Origin: Hemiscyllium ocellatum
Lineage: Eukaryota
DNA: 64,000 bases
NCBI RefSeq assembly: GCF_020745735.1
Contig: NC_083409.1
Location: 20,232,341-20,296,340 of the forward strand
Reading direction: 5' to 3'
In this document: piece after piece, positions 35,921 through 49,029 of the stretch
Layout of the letters: every line of letters begins with the position of its first letter
How positions within the stretch are numbered: position 1 is the stretch's first letter
Position numbers and translations under genes: made by a program
Notes under the pieces: model-generated
Database searches by the model: none
Told to the model about the DNA's origin: nothing
The model's input: the letters and a program-made list of their open reading frames with translations, nothing else

Positions 35921-36585
35921 ACCTAAATTTAAGAGAGCTTGCCCAAGTCTGATGAGGAGGAACGATTGGCAAACTTGAGTAAAGACCAGACTGAAGAAAA
36001 CATTAACGGACTGATCTTTTCATGGAGAAGGCAGTACTGGAGATAGAAACCCAAAACAATCCTGATGTGTTTGTGTGTTCTTCCAGTGCACAAAGGAAGG
36101 GGTTTTCACTAAATATTCGCACGAACTCTTCAACTCCTCTGGATTCACTCAACAGGAAAAGGACCAACTCAAGGCTCAGTTTAAAGTACCATTCCTCGAG
36201 CCTGAAGCTGAGGAAATCCATGAGGAGCACGTGGGCGTTAAAGGAGAGGAACCCAAGAACAATCATGAGGATAGTGAAGACTTTAAAGGAGATGATCTGA
36301 AGAGCAGTGATTCAAAGGCCAATTCTTTGGTTGATGTGATATTATCTTGCTTTGTCAAGGACGCCATTTGAACAATTGCAAGAAATCACAAAGTTTCAAG
36401 TTGAGAAGATCCAGCTTACTAATCAAGGATTACAGTACAAATTGGATATTGAATCCTGGTCCAGGTCATCTTCCAAGGATCTAGAGGAGGAACACAAGAC
36501 TGATAACCAGTTGGAGACATCCAGAAGAGATGATAGTGATGATGATAAGGAGGAAATATTATCTCCAGATCTTTGCTCTCGACCT
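35921..36585 (+). pseudogene. CEP350: CEP350-like pseudogene, 3' part of the large exon downstream of CAP-Gly
   Basis: QQEKDQLKAQF...ANSLVDVILSCFVKDAI/EQLQEITKFQVEKIQLTNQ...DDDKEEILSPDLCSRP parallels recalled human TREKNQLEAQL...LLTDSLLKVFVKDTVNQLQQIKKTRDEKIQLSNQ...EDEKEEISSPDMCPRP. One frameshift near 36365; donor CCT|GTAAGT. Confidence 0.85.
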
Positions 36586-37964
36586 GTAAGTATGAATTTT
36601 GAACCCGTTTTGGGGTAGATTTTAACTTTAAGAATTGTGCAAGTGTTATCTGTCTTAAAGCATTGATGCAATTATGTTATTAATAATTGCAGAGCTTATA
36701 AAATTCCCACATTTTTACGTACTTATAAGATTGTCATTATTCCCCGGAAAGTATTGCAAAATACAACTCCACTTTTTTCAGGCTCATTTTGCAGGTCATC
36801 ATTTTCAGAAATTACCCTGAGTCTTCCCCTTTACCAAAAGACTGTTGTGAGGAATATCTTGATAAATTGTTAGATATATTTGTAGGTGATAAAATCAAGC
36901 TCTGGGGAATATTCTTGAAATGTCTAGTATCTGTGTTTTCTACCTTGCCCATCAATTCTCAAAATATGTATAAGTACGCCCGATTATTTCTCAAGGATTT
37001 AGTGACCATTTCTACTGTGTAATTACTGAGTTTAGAACTGAAAGATTGCTATTGAAATTCAAACCTCTTGCACTTTTCTGTCCTTTCCTCAAAGGGAGGC
37101 AGTGCTTTTAAAGAGGGTTTTTTTAACCTAAATTTTGAATCATGCTTTTCAATTTCTGGCGAATTCAGTGTACACACAGTTTATCCAGAGTAGTGTTCTG
37201 AAGCAAAGTCCCGAGCCTGAATGAACATCTTATGAGAAGAACAGAAGGGTTTATGGTTTGCACATATTAACATTGATTGGACAAGTAGCTGTTTTCATGA
37301 AAGTGCTTGACAAGTTCTCATACTGCCCATTCTTTTCTGAGCATTCAATGTAGGAAATCACTGAAATAGGAGCTTGGGTCAGTTTGATTTGACTCAGCAA
37401 CATCCTGACTAAACCGACATTTGTTTTTCTGATTTGTCAATATTTGCGTTTACCCATAAAGTGCAGGAATAAAAAAGGGGTGCAGCAGTCGACTGAAAGT
37501 GACCTGAAGTTGGAAAGTTGAAGCTCAGAACATTCAGCCTGAAATCATTCATTCCCCTAAATACATGACAGTTGGTAGATGAAGAAATTCTCCATACTTC
37601 TACGTGGAACCAGGAAAGATTTGAACAGCCTGTATCAATTTCCAAAAATGTGGTTAATCGTAACTCGCCATATTTCTTGCGGTTGAACAGTTTGAAGGAT
37701 ATTCGCTGGTTTCATCATGATGTATCTGACCCTAAACTGTTCAAAAGCTATATTCTTCTCATCCTCCACACTCCATGATATCAGCGGTGGGATCTCTCCC
37801 TTTGTGAGCCGAATGAAATACTGATTACTACTAATGGATAAGTGTGACATAAGTTTATTTTTAAAGCTCAGTAAGATGACTTGTGATACTTTGCAACTTT
37901 GTAAAGATGATTCTTTCGCCACCTTGATTAGGACAAAAAATTTTAAAAATTAAAACGGAGTATA

Positions 37965-38600
37965 AAACAAAGGCGTTTCGTATGTTTTCCTTCATTGGTC
38001 AGAGTATTGAGTCCTGGAGTTGGGAGGTCTGTTGTGGCTGTATGTGGCATTGGTTAGGGCACTGTTGGAATGTTACATGTAATTCTGGTCTCCTTCCTTT
38101 CGGAAAGAGATTGTGAAACTTGAAAGGGTTCAGAAAAGATCGACAAGGATGTTGCCAGGGTTTGAGGTTTTCAGCTATAGGGAGATATTGACTTGGCCTG
38201 GGCTGTTTTCCCTGGAGTGTTGGAGGCTGGGGAGTGACCTGACAGAGGCTTATAAAATCATGAGGGCCATGGATAGGATAAATAGACAATGTTGTTTTCC
38301 CTGGGGTGGGGGGAGTTCAGAACTCGAAGTTTAGCGTGAGAGGGTTAGGATGTAAAAGAGACGTAAGGGGCAACTTTTTCACACAGAGGGTGGTATGTGT
38401 ATGGAATGAGCTGCCAGAGGAAGTGGTGGAGGCTGGTACAATTGCAACATTTAAAAGGCATCTGGATGGGGTGATAAATAGGAAGGGTTTGGAGGGAGAG
38501 GAGCCGGGTGCTGGCAAGTGGGACTAGATTGGGTTGGGATATCTTATCGGCATGGGTGTGTCAGACTGAAGGGTCTGTTTCCATGCTGTACATCTCTGAC
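37965..38600 (+). mobile_element. CR1 3' end within the CEP350 pseudo-intron
   Basis: KLERVQKRSTRMLPG...FFTQRVVCVWNELPEEVVEAG, plus the 3' tail. Confidence 0.9.
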
Positions 38601-38933
38601 TCTATTTATCCTGATCCATTAAATGAATTTTGTATTGAGTTTGAGTACTCACTCTAATATAAAATACACTGTTTGATGTTCTGGTTCTCACTCCATATGG
38701 AAACCTTGACTTTCATTACATGGCTGAGAATAAATTGGAAATGAATTCCAGCCTGTGTTGAACTCGTCAGACATATACTCTGAGAGATAAAAAGAAGGTT
38801 CTCGTTTGTTTCATGCTTTGATCACAGTTTATTAAAGCTATGTATTGGTCATTAATGTTTTGAAATGAATTTCATCGTTTTTGTTCCTGATCTTCAGATT
38901 CTAGATTGACCAACAGCCTGTACTTTGTAACAG

Positions 38934-39309
38934 GGCAGCCCGGTGTTTGGCACAAGTGGGCAGGAAGATTTGGCCAAATGCCTGGCAGAGTTGAAATTGA
39001 GTCACGAGGCACTCGATGACCTGGTAAATGACCAAGATTGGTTTGATGAGGATTTTGGGCTGAGCTGTAGCAAAGTGCAGCAGCCAGTGCAGGAGGCCCA
39101 GTCTCCAAAAGGATGTGCCTCTGAAAATCTAAAGGGAACCTGACTTTGCTGTAGCTCCTGATGCTTTAGAGGTTGAGAAGATGGTTCATGCAGCGGCTGG
39201 AAGTTGCAGGAACTTGGCCATGATCCAGCAGGTCTACAAATATTCACAGACTGTCTTGAAAATAATAAATGGAAAGATGTAGAGAGTGAGTGTAGAAGTT
39301 TATTGTGAG
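38934..39309 (+). pseudogene. CEP350: CEP350-like pseudogene exon
   Basis: Acceptor TTTGTAACAG| then GSPVFGTSGQEDLAKCLAELKLSHEALDDLVNDQDWFDEDFGLS (recalled human ESPVFGASGQEELAKRLAELELS...DDQDWFDEDFGLS). Frameshifted AVAPDALEVEKMVHAAA and WKLQELGHD follow; donor GAG|GTGAAA. Confidence 0.9.
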
Positions 39310-39573
39310 GTGAAATTCAGCTTTTGAGTTTGAACACAATTATTTTTTTCTCAGTTAAGCAAGAAAGGTATGGGTTAATAGTGCTCTACAGCAGCTCTGA
39401 GAGGGCAGATCTAATATAATCTTTTCCCTGTTATGCTTTACTTCTTCCAGCTTGTATTTAATATGACAAGAGAAATTTTTGCTGAGATGTTTTCTGAAGA
39501 CTCCAGTGTAAGCTAAACCCCATGGATGAAGCCAAGCTGAATTAACCCTGCTTTCTTTAAATGAGCGAGGAAC

Positions 39574-42500
39574 TTACCATGAGCATGGGAGTCCTCCATT
39601 TCTGTTTATCAGCGGCAGCAGCAACTCGAAGGATGAGAGCTTGTACCAGGGGCCTGCTGGGCGCAGTGAGTCACTGATTTGAGCTTTTAAATTTGAAGTC
39701 AGAGAGCAGAGGTTTCTGGGAAAGGAGGGACTTCTTATTTTTATTTCCATCCAGCTATATAATTCAGTGTTTTCTCAAGCCAAGACCCTCCCTTTGTAGG
39801 GCTTCCCACCCAACCACCTCCTCTAACATTAATAACTAGGGAGATATCAAGTAGGCATCACTTCGTTTTTTTACTTTGTGATAAGGGGACTAGCAGTGAT
39901 GGCAGTGCAGGGAGAGCAATGTTCCTCGTGCATGATGTTTGAGGTGAGGGACGCCATTAGTGTCCCATCCAAGTACATCTGCACGTAGTGCACCCAACTC
40001 TCACTCCGCCAAGACAGTGTTCGGGAACTGGAGTGGGAGATGGATGAACTTCAGATCATTCAGGAGGGAGCTGCTGTACTAGATAAGAGTTAGAGGGAAG
40101 TAGTTACTCCTAGGCACGAAGAAAGCTGGGTGACTGTTTTTCCCCCTTTGAACAGTCAGTGGAGCGATCCGCTGTGGTGGTTCACCTGAAAAACATGTAT
40201 ACTGTTTTGGATACTGTTGAGGGGGACAACTTACCAGGGATATGCAGTGAGGCCCAGGTCTCTGGCACAGAGCCTGTCCCTGTTGCACATTAGGGAAAGG
40301 AGGAGAGCGTTAGTCATTGGGGATTCGAAAGTTAGAGGCTCAGATAGAAGATTTGTAGGGAACGAACGAGACTTGCGGTTGGTGTGTTGCCTCCCAGGTG
40401 CCAGGGTCAGTGAGGTCTCGGATCATATCTTTGGGGTCCTGAAGGGAGAAGGTGACCAGCCTCAAGTCGTTGTCCGTGTAGGTACCAACGACATAGGTAG
40501 AAAGATGGATAGGGATATAAGGCATGATTTCAGGGAGCTAGGGTGGAAGCTGAGAGCGAGAACAAACAAAGTTGTTATCTCTGGGTTTGTTGCCCGGGCC
40601 ACGTGATAGCGAGACAAGGAATAGGGAGAGATATCAGTTGTACACGTGTCTGCAAGGATGGTGCAGTAAGGAGGGTTTCAGGGACTTGGATAATTGGGAC
40701 TCATTCTGGGGAAGGTGGGACTTGTACAAACAGGGCAGTCTTCACTTGAACCAGAGGGGTACTTATATCCTGGGTGGGAAATTTTGCTGGTGCTATTCGG
40801 GTGGGTTTAAGCTAGCTCAGCAGGGGATGGGAACCGGAGGTGTAGTTGCAGTGCACAGGAAGATGAGAGTAGGAAGGACAGGGACAGAATTTCGGGGTCG
40901 CAAGAATGTGCTGGCAGACAGCGAAGTGATTTGAAGTGTGTCTATTTCAACGCCAGAAGTATCCGAAATAAGGTAGGTGAGCTTGCAGCATGGATAGACA
41001 ATTGGGACTTTGTGGCCATTTTGGAGACATGGATAGAACAGGGTGAGGAATGGATGTTGCAGGTTCCAGGGTTTAGATCTTTCACTAAGAACAGGCAAGG
41101 CGGTAAAAGAGGTGGAGGCGTGGCCTTGTTAGTCAAGTATAATATAACGGTGGCTGAGAGAAATTTTGATGAGTACGCGTCTACTGAGGTCGTGTGGGCT
41201 GTGGTTAGAAACAGGAGAGGAGAGGTCACACTGCTTGGAGATTTTTATAGGCCTCCGCAGAGTTCCATGGAGGTGGAAGAGAGGACTAGCAAAATTATTC
41301 TGGGTAGGAGTGAAAGGAACAGGGTGGTCATTGTGGGGAACTTTAACTTCCCCAACGTTGACTGGAAATGCTATAATTCTAGTACGTCGGATGGATCAGT
41401 TTTTGTCCGATGTGTACAGGAGGCTTTCCTGACACAGTATGTTGAAGGGCCGACAAGAGGGGAGGCCAAATTGGATCTGGTGCTTGGTAATGAAACAGGT
41501 CAGGTGTTTGATTTAGTGGTAGGTGTGCACTTTGGAGAGAGTGACCATAATTCAGTTGTTTAGTTTAGCGATGGAAAGGGATAGGTACATGCCACAGGTC
41601 ATGAGTTAACGACGGGGCAAGGGCAATTGTTTTGCGATTAGGCAGGAATTAGGATGCATAGAATGGGGTAGCAAAATGCAGGGGATGCAGACAATGGAAA
41701 TGTGGAGCTGGTTTAAGGAACAGATATTTCATGTCCTTGATAGATATATCTCCGTCAGGCAGGGAGGAAGGGATAAAGTAAGGTAACCGTGGTATACGAC
41801 AGAAACTGCATCTCTTGTTACGAAGAAGAAGGAGGCTTATGTGTTGATGAGGCAAGATGGTTCAGATGAGGCGATGGAGAGTTACAGATCAGCAAGGAAT
41901 GATTCAAAGAGAGAGTTAAGAAGAGCAAAGAGAGGACACGAGCAGTCTTTAGCAAATTGAATAAAGGAGAATCCTAAAGCTTTCTATAGGTATGTGAGAA
42001 ATCAAAGGATGATTAGCGTGGGAATAGGGCCAGTCAAAGACAGAAGGGGGAAGTTGTGTGGATCCTGTGGAGATCGGAGAGGTGCTAAATGAACATCTCT
42101 CATCAATTTTCACCCAGGAAAAGGAGAATATTGGAGAGGAGAAGAATAAGGTATGAGATACAGTAGCGCCACAACATACGAGCGACCCCGTTCACAAACA
42201 AACGAACAGTATTGTACATAAAGTTTTGCTTCTACAGACACACAAAATTCCAGGTAAGAATGATGGTACGAGCAGTTCGTCTTTGGATTATGCACAGTTC
42301 GTCTTTGGCGCGTGCGCAGTTCGTCTTTGGAGCGTGCACTGTGAACATGGGAAAAATTGATTCGCGAACCGGGTGGCGGAACGGATTAAGTTCGTAAGTC
42401 GAGGCGCTACTGTGTTAGACTTGAAAGGATCGAGGTTAGTTACGCACAGGTGTTATCAATTCGAGAAGAGGTGAAAATAGACAAGACCCCTAGGCCGGAT

Positions 42501-44027
42501 GGGATTTATCCGAAGATTATCTGGGAAGCTAGGGAAGAGATAGCAGAGCTTTTAGCTTTGATATGTGAGTCCTCATTGTCTCCAGGTTTGGTACCAGAGG
42601 ACTGGAGGACTGCAAATGTTGTGCCCTTGTTCAAGAAGGGCAGTAGAGATGACCCAGGTAATTATAGACCAGTGAGCCTTACTTCTGTTGTAGGAAAGGT
42701 TAAGGAAAGGATTATAAGAGGTAAGGTTTATAATCATCTAGCAAGCAGCACTTTGATTTCAGATCGTTAACGTGGTTTCGTCAAGAGCAGGTTGTGTCTC
42801 ACAAACCTCAGTGAGGTTTTTGAGAAGGTGACCAAGCATGGAGATGAAGATATGGCAGTTGACACTGTATACATCGACTTCAGTAAAGCCTTTGATAAAG
42901 TTCCACACGGTAGGTTGTTGGAGAAAATGCAGAGGATGGAATTTAGGGTGATTTAGCAGTTTGGATAAGAAACGAGCTTTCTGAAAGAAGGCAGCGAGTG
43001 GTTGATGGAAAATACTCAGCCTGGAGTCCGGTTACTAGTGGTGTGCCACAAGGATCTGTTTTAGGACCACTGCTGTTTGTCATTTTTATAAATGACTTGG
43101 ACGCAGACTTAGGTGGATAGATTAGTAAATTTGCCGATGACAGTAAATTTGGCGGAGTAGTGGACAGTGTGGAAGAATGTTACAGATTGCAGGGCGTCTT
43201 GAATAAACTGCAAAATTCGGCTGAGAGGTGGCAACTGGAGTTCAATGCAGCTAAATGTGAGGCGATTCAATTTGGGAAGAATAACAGGAAGGCAAAGTAC
43301 TGAGTCAATGGAAAGATTCTTGGTACTGTGGATCTGCAGAGGCATTTTGGAGTCCATGTACATTGATCCTTGAAAGTTGCCATCCAGGTGGATAGTGCTG
43401 TTAAGAAGGCATACGATGTTTTCAGTTTCATTCGTAGAGGGATTGAGTTTCAGAGCCGCAATATCATGCTGCAAATATACAAAATGCTGGTGTGGCCACA
43501 CTTGGAGACCAGAACTGTTGACAATATTTCATATTTTGCGAAGGATGTGGAAGCATTGGAAAAGGTGCAGGGGAGATTTACCTGGATGTTGCCTGGTCTG
43601 GAGGGAAGGTCTTATGTGGAAAGGTTGAGAGACTTGAACCTGTTCTCATTGGCAAGAAGAAGGCTAAGAGGGGATTTCATCGAGACATACAAGATGATCA
43701 GAGGATGAGATAGGGTAGACAGTGAGAGTCTTTTTCCTAGGATGATGACATCAGCGTGTGCGAGGGGGCATAACTACAAATTGAAGGGTCATAGATTTAA
43801 GACAAATGTCAGAGGCAGGTTCTTTACGCAGAGAGTGGTAAGGGCATGGAATGCCCTACCTGCTAATGTAGTCAACTCAGCCACATGTGGGAGGTTAAAA
43901 CAATTCTTAGATAAGCACATGGATGATTTTGGGATTGTGTAGGGGGACGAGCTGAGAGTAGCTCACAGGTCGGCACAACGTCGAGGGCTGAAGGGCCTGT
44001 TCTGCGCAGTATTGTTCTATGTTCTAT
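39574..44027 (+). mobile_element. Full-length degenerate CR1 LINE
   Basis: ORF1 starts at ~39899 with MAVQGEQCSSCMMFEV (Cys-rich) and contains VIGDSKVR (esterase). ORF2 CVYFNARSIRNK...GESDHN, RT ADDSK, 3' (TTCTATG)n tail. Possible GAAC TSD. Confidence 0.92.
42161..42412. mobile_element. Tigger-like MITE nested in CR1
   Basis: TIRs CAGTAGCGCC / GGCGCTACTG. TA/TG TSD at a site that reads GAGATA|TTAGAC uninterrupted in the paralogous CR1 near 21890. Internal 3x CAGTTCGTCTTTGG with a 22-bp period. Confidence 0.85.
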
Positions 44028-44379
44028 GAACCCTCAGAATGAAATGAAGGTAATAACTCCAAGTGATCCTTTTGTCTGACTTGTCAATAATAATGTTGCA
44101 AGTGTGATGCTGGTTGGATCTAAAATATGTAGATTGAGTAAGTGAGTGACTCAGCTTGTAAACAATGACCACTATCCTGACTTGGAAATCTGTCACTGCT
44201 TCTTGGAAGTCCCTCCCTCATGAGATTGTGGGTCTAGCTCAGCACCATCTTCTCAAGGACAACTAGGAAAGGGCAATAAATGCTGGCCAGCCAGTAACGC
44301 TCCCAATCCATGAATGAACAAGAAAGATATTTTCTCACTGATCAGCAAGGAACCCAATTTTAAATCTAAGCTCCTCAAT

Positions 44380-47300
44380 GAACATTTTTAAAATGACTCA
44401 CAGGGTCTGGGCATCGCCGGCTGGCCAGCATTTATTGATAGTTCTTAGTTCCTTTTGAGAACCTGGTGAGCTTTCTTTTGTAACCACTGCAGTCCATGTG
44501 CTGTAGGTAGACCCACATTGCCCTTTTGGAAGGAATTCCAGGAATTTGATACAGCAATCCTGAAGAACCAGTGAGTGGTTTGCAGGGGCTTTTGCAAGAA
44601 CAGTCCTGTGTATCTGCTGCTCTTGTCCTTCGAGACCTAAATGGTCGTGTTGGTGAGGATCTGGCTAAAGATCTCAGGATTTCTGTATTGCATCTTGTAG
44701 ATTGTACACACTGCTCCTACTGAGTGAAGGGTGCTGGAGGGCTTGGCTGCTTGCGGATGTGGTGCCAATCAAGTGGGCTGCTTTGTCCTGGCTGGTGTCG
44801 AGCTTTTTGTGTGTTACTGGAGCAGTACTCGTCCAGGCAAGTGGGACATATTCCATCACACTCCTGACTTAGAACATAGAAAAATACAGCGCAGTGCAGA
44901 CCCTTTGGCTCTCGATGTTGCGCTGATCCAAGCCCACCTAACCTACACTAGCCCACTATCCTCCATATACATATCCAATGCCCGTTTAAATGCCCATAAA
45001 AAGGGAGAGTCTACCACTGCTACTGGCAGGTCATTCCGTGAACTCACGACTCGCTGAGTAAAGATAAGCACACAGATGATTTTGGGATAGTGTAGGGGGT
45101 CGAGCTGAGAATAGCTCTCAGGTCGGCGCAACGTCGAGGGCTGAAGGGCCTGTTCTTTGTGCTTGTGCTTGTGCTTTGTACTCGGTGGATTTGCAATGGG
45201 GAATCTGGAGGTGAGTTATACATCACAGTATTCCAAGCCTCTGACCTGCCCTTGTCGCCCACGATGTTTATATGACGAGTCCAGTTGAGTTTCTGGTCCA
45301 TGGTAATCCCCATGATATTCATAGTGGAGGATTCAGTGAGGGTAACACCATTGGATGTCAATGGCCATTTGCTAAATATTCTCTTGAAGTCATAGAGATG
45401 GACAGCTCAAAAAATTACCTTTCAGTCCAACTTGCCCATGCTGACCAGTTATCCGAGATAAAATCTAGTCCCATTCACCAGCATTTAGCCAATTTTCCTT
45501 TGAAACATTTCCTATTCATATACGCATCCAGATGCATTTCAAATATCGTGATTATGCCAGCCTCCTCCACTTCCTCTGGCAGCTCATTCCATAAACACAC
45601 TACCCTCTGCATGAAAAAGGTACCTGTTCGGCTCCTTCTAAATGTTTTCCCTCTCACCTTTGCCCTCTCGTTTTAGAGTTGCTTACACCAGGGAAAAGAC
45701 TTGTCTATTTACCCTATCCATACCCCTCATGAGTTTAGAAATCTTTACACAGTCGCCTCTCAGCTTCCTTTGCTCCAGGGAAAAAAGTTCAAAACCAATT
45801 CTTCCTCTTCCTATAGCAGAACCCCCCCCCCCCAAAACCCTGGCAACGTCCTTGTAAATCTTTACATCATCCTTTCAAAATTCACAACATCCTTCGGAGA
45901 ACAGTGGGCGGCACGGTGGCACAGTGGTTAGCACTGCTGCCTCACAGCGCCTGAAGACCCGGGTTCAATTCCCGACTCAGGCGACTGACTGTGTGGAGTT
46001 TGCACGTTCTCCCCGTGTCTGCGTGGGTTTCCTCCGGGTGCTCCGGTTTCCTCCCACAGTCCAAAGATGTGCGGGTCAGGTGAATTGGCCATGCTAAATT
46101 GCCCGTAGTGTTAGGTAAGGGATAATGTAGGGGTATGGGTGGGTTTTGCTTCGGCGGGTCGGTGTGGACTTGTTGGGCCGAAGGGCCTGTTTCCACACTG
46201 TAAGTCTAATCTAAACAGGGAGTCCAGAATTGCACACGAGGTATTCTAAAAGTGGTCAAGTCAGTGTCCTGCACAGCTACAACATGACCTCTGAACTCCT
46301 ATACTCAATGCTCTGTCCAATAAAGGTAAGCATACCAAACGCCGCCTTCACTATCCTGTCTACCTGTGACTCCACTTTCAAGGAACTATGGACCTGCCCT
46401 CCAAGGTCTTTTTGTTCGGCAACACTCCCCAGGACTTTACTATTGAGTTTACTATTGAAGGCCTGACCTGATTTGCCTTTACAAAATGCAGCACCTCACA
46501 TTTATGTAAATTAAACGACATCTGCCACTCGTCAGCCCATCTGATCAAGATCCTTTTGTATTATGAACCTTCTTGACTGTCCACTGCACCTCCAATTTAG
46601 CAGTTATTTAGTCTCCATGCAAGTCTACTCCCACTTTGTCTCATCCCATCAGTGCATCCTTCTGTATGTTTCTCCCAGAGGTACTTATCCAGTTTCCGCT
46701 TAACAGGTTCATACTATTCAACTTAAGCATTGCCGGGACTAACAATTTCTATGCTTTCTTAGGTAAGAATGTTTTGTTTTGAATTTCTGATTTGATCCAT
46801 TAATGTTGACTTTCTGTTCAGGTCAGCCTCACAAGTGATAACATTTCTTCCTCCATGCAGTTCAAGCATCTTCATTTTTAAAGTTCTCTTTCAAATCTTG
46901 TTTTTAAAGTTCTCCGTCCAGTCACTAGTTTATACAGTTAATGGTCTGGTCCTGGGGAGTGTCACTGAAAAATAGAGACCTCGGGATGCAGGCGCATAGT
47001 TCCTTGAAAGCGGAGTTGCAGGTAGAAAGGGTGGTGAAGAAGGCATTTGGCATGCTTGCCTTCATTGGTTAGAAGATTGACTGCAGGGAGTGAGGCGTAA
47101 TGTTGCAGCTGTACAGAACATTGGTTCGGCCACTTCTAGAATACTGCATGCAGTTCTGATGGCTTTTCTATACGAAGGACGTTAAACTTAAGAGAGTGCA
47201 GAAAACATTTACGAGAATGTTGCCAGGACTGAGTTACAATGAGAGGCTGAATAGACTGAAGCATTGTTCCCCTGGAGGATTGGAGGCTGAAGGGTTTTTG

Positions 47301-48600
47301 TAGAGGTTTATAAAATCATGAGGGGCACGGATAGGGTGAATCACGAAGATTTTTTTCCTAGGGCAGGGGAGTTGTAAACTAGAGGGCATGGGTTTAAGCT
47401 GAGAGGGGAAGATTTAAAAAGGGCCTGAGGGGTAACTTTCTCAGGCAGAGGGTACTGCATACATGGAATGAGTTGCCAGAGTGGTGGAAGGGGGTTCAAT
47501 TACATCTTTCTTTTAACTTTTAAAAGGCACCGGGATGGGTACATGAATAGGCAGGGTGGAGAAGGATATGGGCTAAATTCTGGCAAACTGGAACTAGGTC
47601 ACATTGGGATATCTGGTTGGTGCAGATGAGTTGGGTCTGTTGTATAACTGACTCTATGACCCCATGCGTTTTGACCCCCATGCTCAATCAACCTTTTGAG
47701 ATAAAATATTTCATGGCCAGAACTATCTAGAGTTTAATGTCTTTTTTTTAAACAGTGCATTTCTACTGAAGTTGATCTGTTTATTTTGTATATGAAAAAG
47801 AAAGAGAATGGATCACTATTTTTAAAGAGGGAATGATGGCTGATGGTTGCATTTGACATAAAACCTGTATACTTTCTGCTGCAGAGTATTATATGCTCAT
47901 CTATAATATATGCTCATATAATAGTTCAGTTGGTGAGCTTTTGAGGGGGCCTGTAGAAAACTCCCAACAAAATGACTGCTTTCCTGTTTTTCATTTCGAC
48001 CCATACCTGACCCTGGCACCCGGGAGGCAACATGTTCTTCAGGAGTCTCACTCACGACCGCAGAATCTCCTGTCTGCTCCTCTAACCATTGACCCTCCGA
48101 TCAACATCACTCTCCAATTCTCTCCTCTTTCCTTCTGAGTCACAGAGCCAGGCTCTGTGTCAGAGACCTGGCCGCTGTGGCTTTCCCCTGATACGTTGAC
48201 CCCCAACAATATCCAAAGCAGTAAACTTATTATTGAAGGGAAAGGCCACAGAGGATTCCTACACTGTCTGCCTATTCCATTTCCCTCTCCTGACAGTCAC
48301 CCAGCCACCTTTATCCTTTATCTTAGGTGTAACTACCTCCCTATAATTCCTCTCTATCACCCCCTCAGCCTGCCAAATGATCCAACGTTCATCCAACCCC
48401 AGCTTCAGTTCCCTCACCTTCTGAGAGGAACTGGAGTCCAAAACATGTTAAAAGACATTTGAACAGGTACATGGAGAGGAAAGGTTTAGAGGGATATAGA
48501 ACAAAAATAGGCAGGTGGTTCTGATTTAGTTGAGAAAACCAGGTTGGCATGACGAATTTGGCCAAAGGGCAAGTTTCTATTCTGTGTGACTCAATGACTC
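44380..48600. mobile_element. Mosaic of nested CR1/L2-group LINE fragments on both strands
   Basis: Minus: KLDTSQDKAAHLIG, FFMQRVVCLWNELPEEV and a CR1 ORF1 piece at 47930-48450. Plus: CR1 3' ends at 45055-45150, 46920-47660 and 48450-48600. Confidence 0.8.
45905..46215 (+). mobile_element. Full-length HE1-like SINE
   Basis: GGGCGGCACGGTGGCACAGTGGTTAGC (A box) ... GGTTCAATTCC (B box), HE1 body, CR1-like tail GGGCCGAAGGGCCTGTTTCC. Confidence 0.92.
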
Positions 48601-49029
48601 TATGATTATGTAAACAATGACCTCCTTCCCATTGGATCCTTCAATAGATAGCAGTAAACATTGGCCTCCTTCCCTGTGGACCCTCCAATAGAAACCTGTG
48701 CACATGGGCTTCCTTCCCACTGCACCCTCCAGTACCTAAGCTTCAAACCCCACGTCGTCTCCATCATGTAGGTCTCTTATTTCCATCTCCACAACATTGT
48801 CCAGCTCTGTGGTACCTCAGCTCCTTGAACACAGAGACCCTTATTCCTGCTTGTCCCACCTCCAAACTCCATGCTTCCAGCTTCCTCCAATGACTCTCCA
48901 TAAATCCCAACTTGTTTGAAATGGAATGGTTCTGTCCATGTTGATTATCAAGATGGAGATAGACACATTTTATATCTGTAATGATTTGAATGGTTATGGA
49001 AAGCGAGAGTGGTCAGAATTGGTTAACAT

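Larger units (their letters stand above)
39451..44049 (+). pseudogene. CEP350: CEP350-like pseudogene exon split by a CR1 (coding parts 39451-39573 and 44028-44049)
   Basis: Acceptor TTCTTCCAG| then LVFNMTREIFAEMFSEDSSVS*TPWMKPS*INPAFFK*ARN ... PQNEMK|GTAATA (recalled human AVFDLTKEIFEEIFAEDPNLNQPVWMKPCRINSSYFRRVKNPNNLDEIK). The three stops are consistent with C>T decay. Confidence 0.85.

Noticed and set aside
36789-37778. Protein-looking ORFs (VIIFRNYPESS..., VDEEILHTSTW...) with an in-frame acceptor at 36794
   Set aside because: CEP350 homology jumps directly from ..CSRP (36585) to GSPVFG (38934), so these ORFs lie in the intron; no recognisable family.
45905-45975. tRNA-like A/B box sequence (also at 56360 and 4900)
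   Set aside because: It is the head of HE1 SINEs, not a tRNA gene.
47756-47860. Possible next CEP350 exon (CISTEVDLFILYMKKKE after a polypyrimidine AG)
   Set aside because: Only a weak resemblance to recalled SFIASEVLKLFSLKKE, and the downstream DWQKMMKFGRKKRDRVD motif is not recognisable; needs tblastn.
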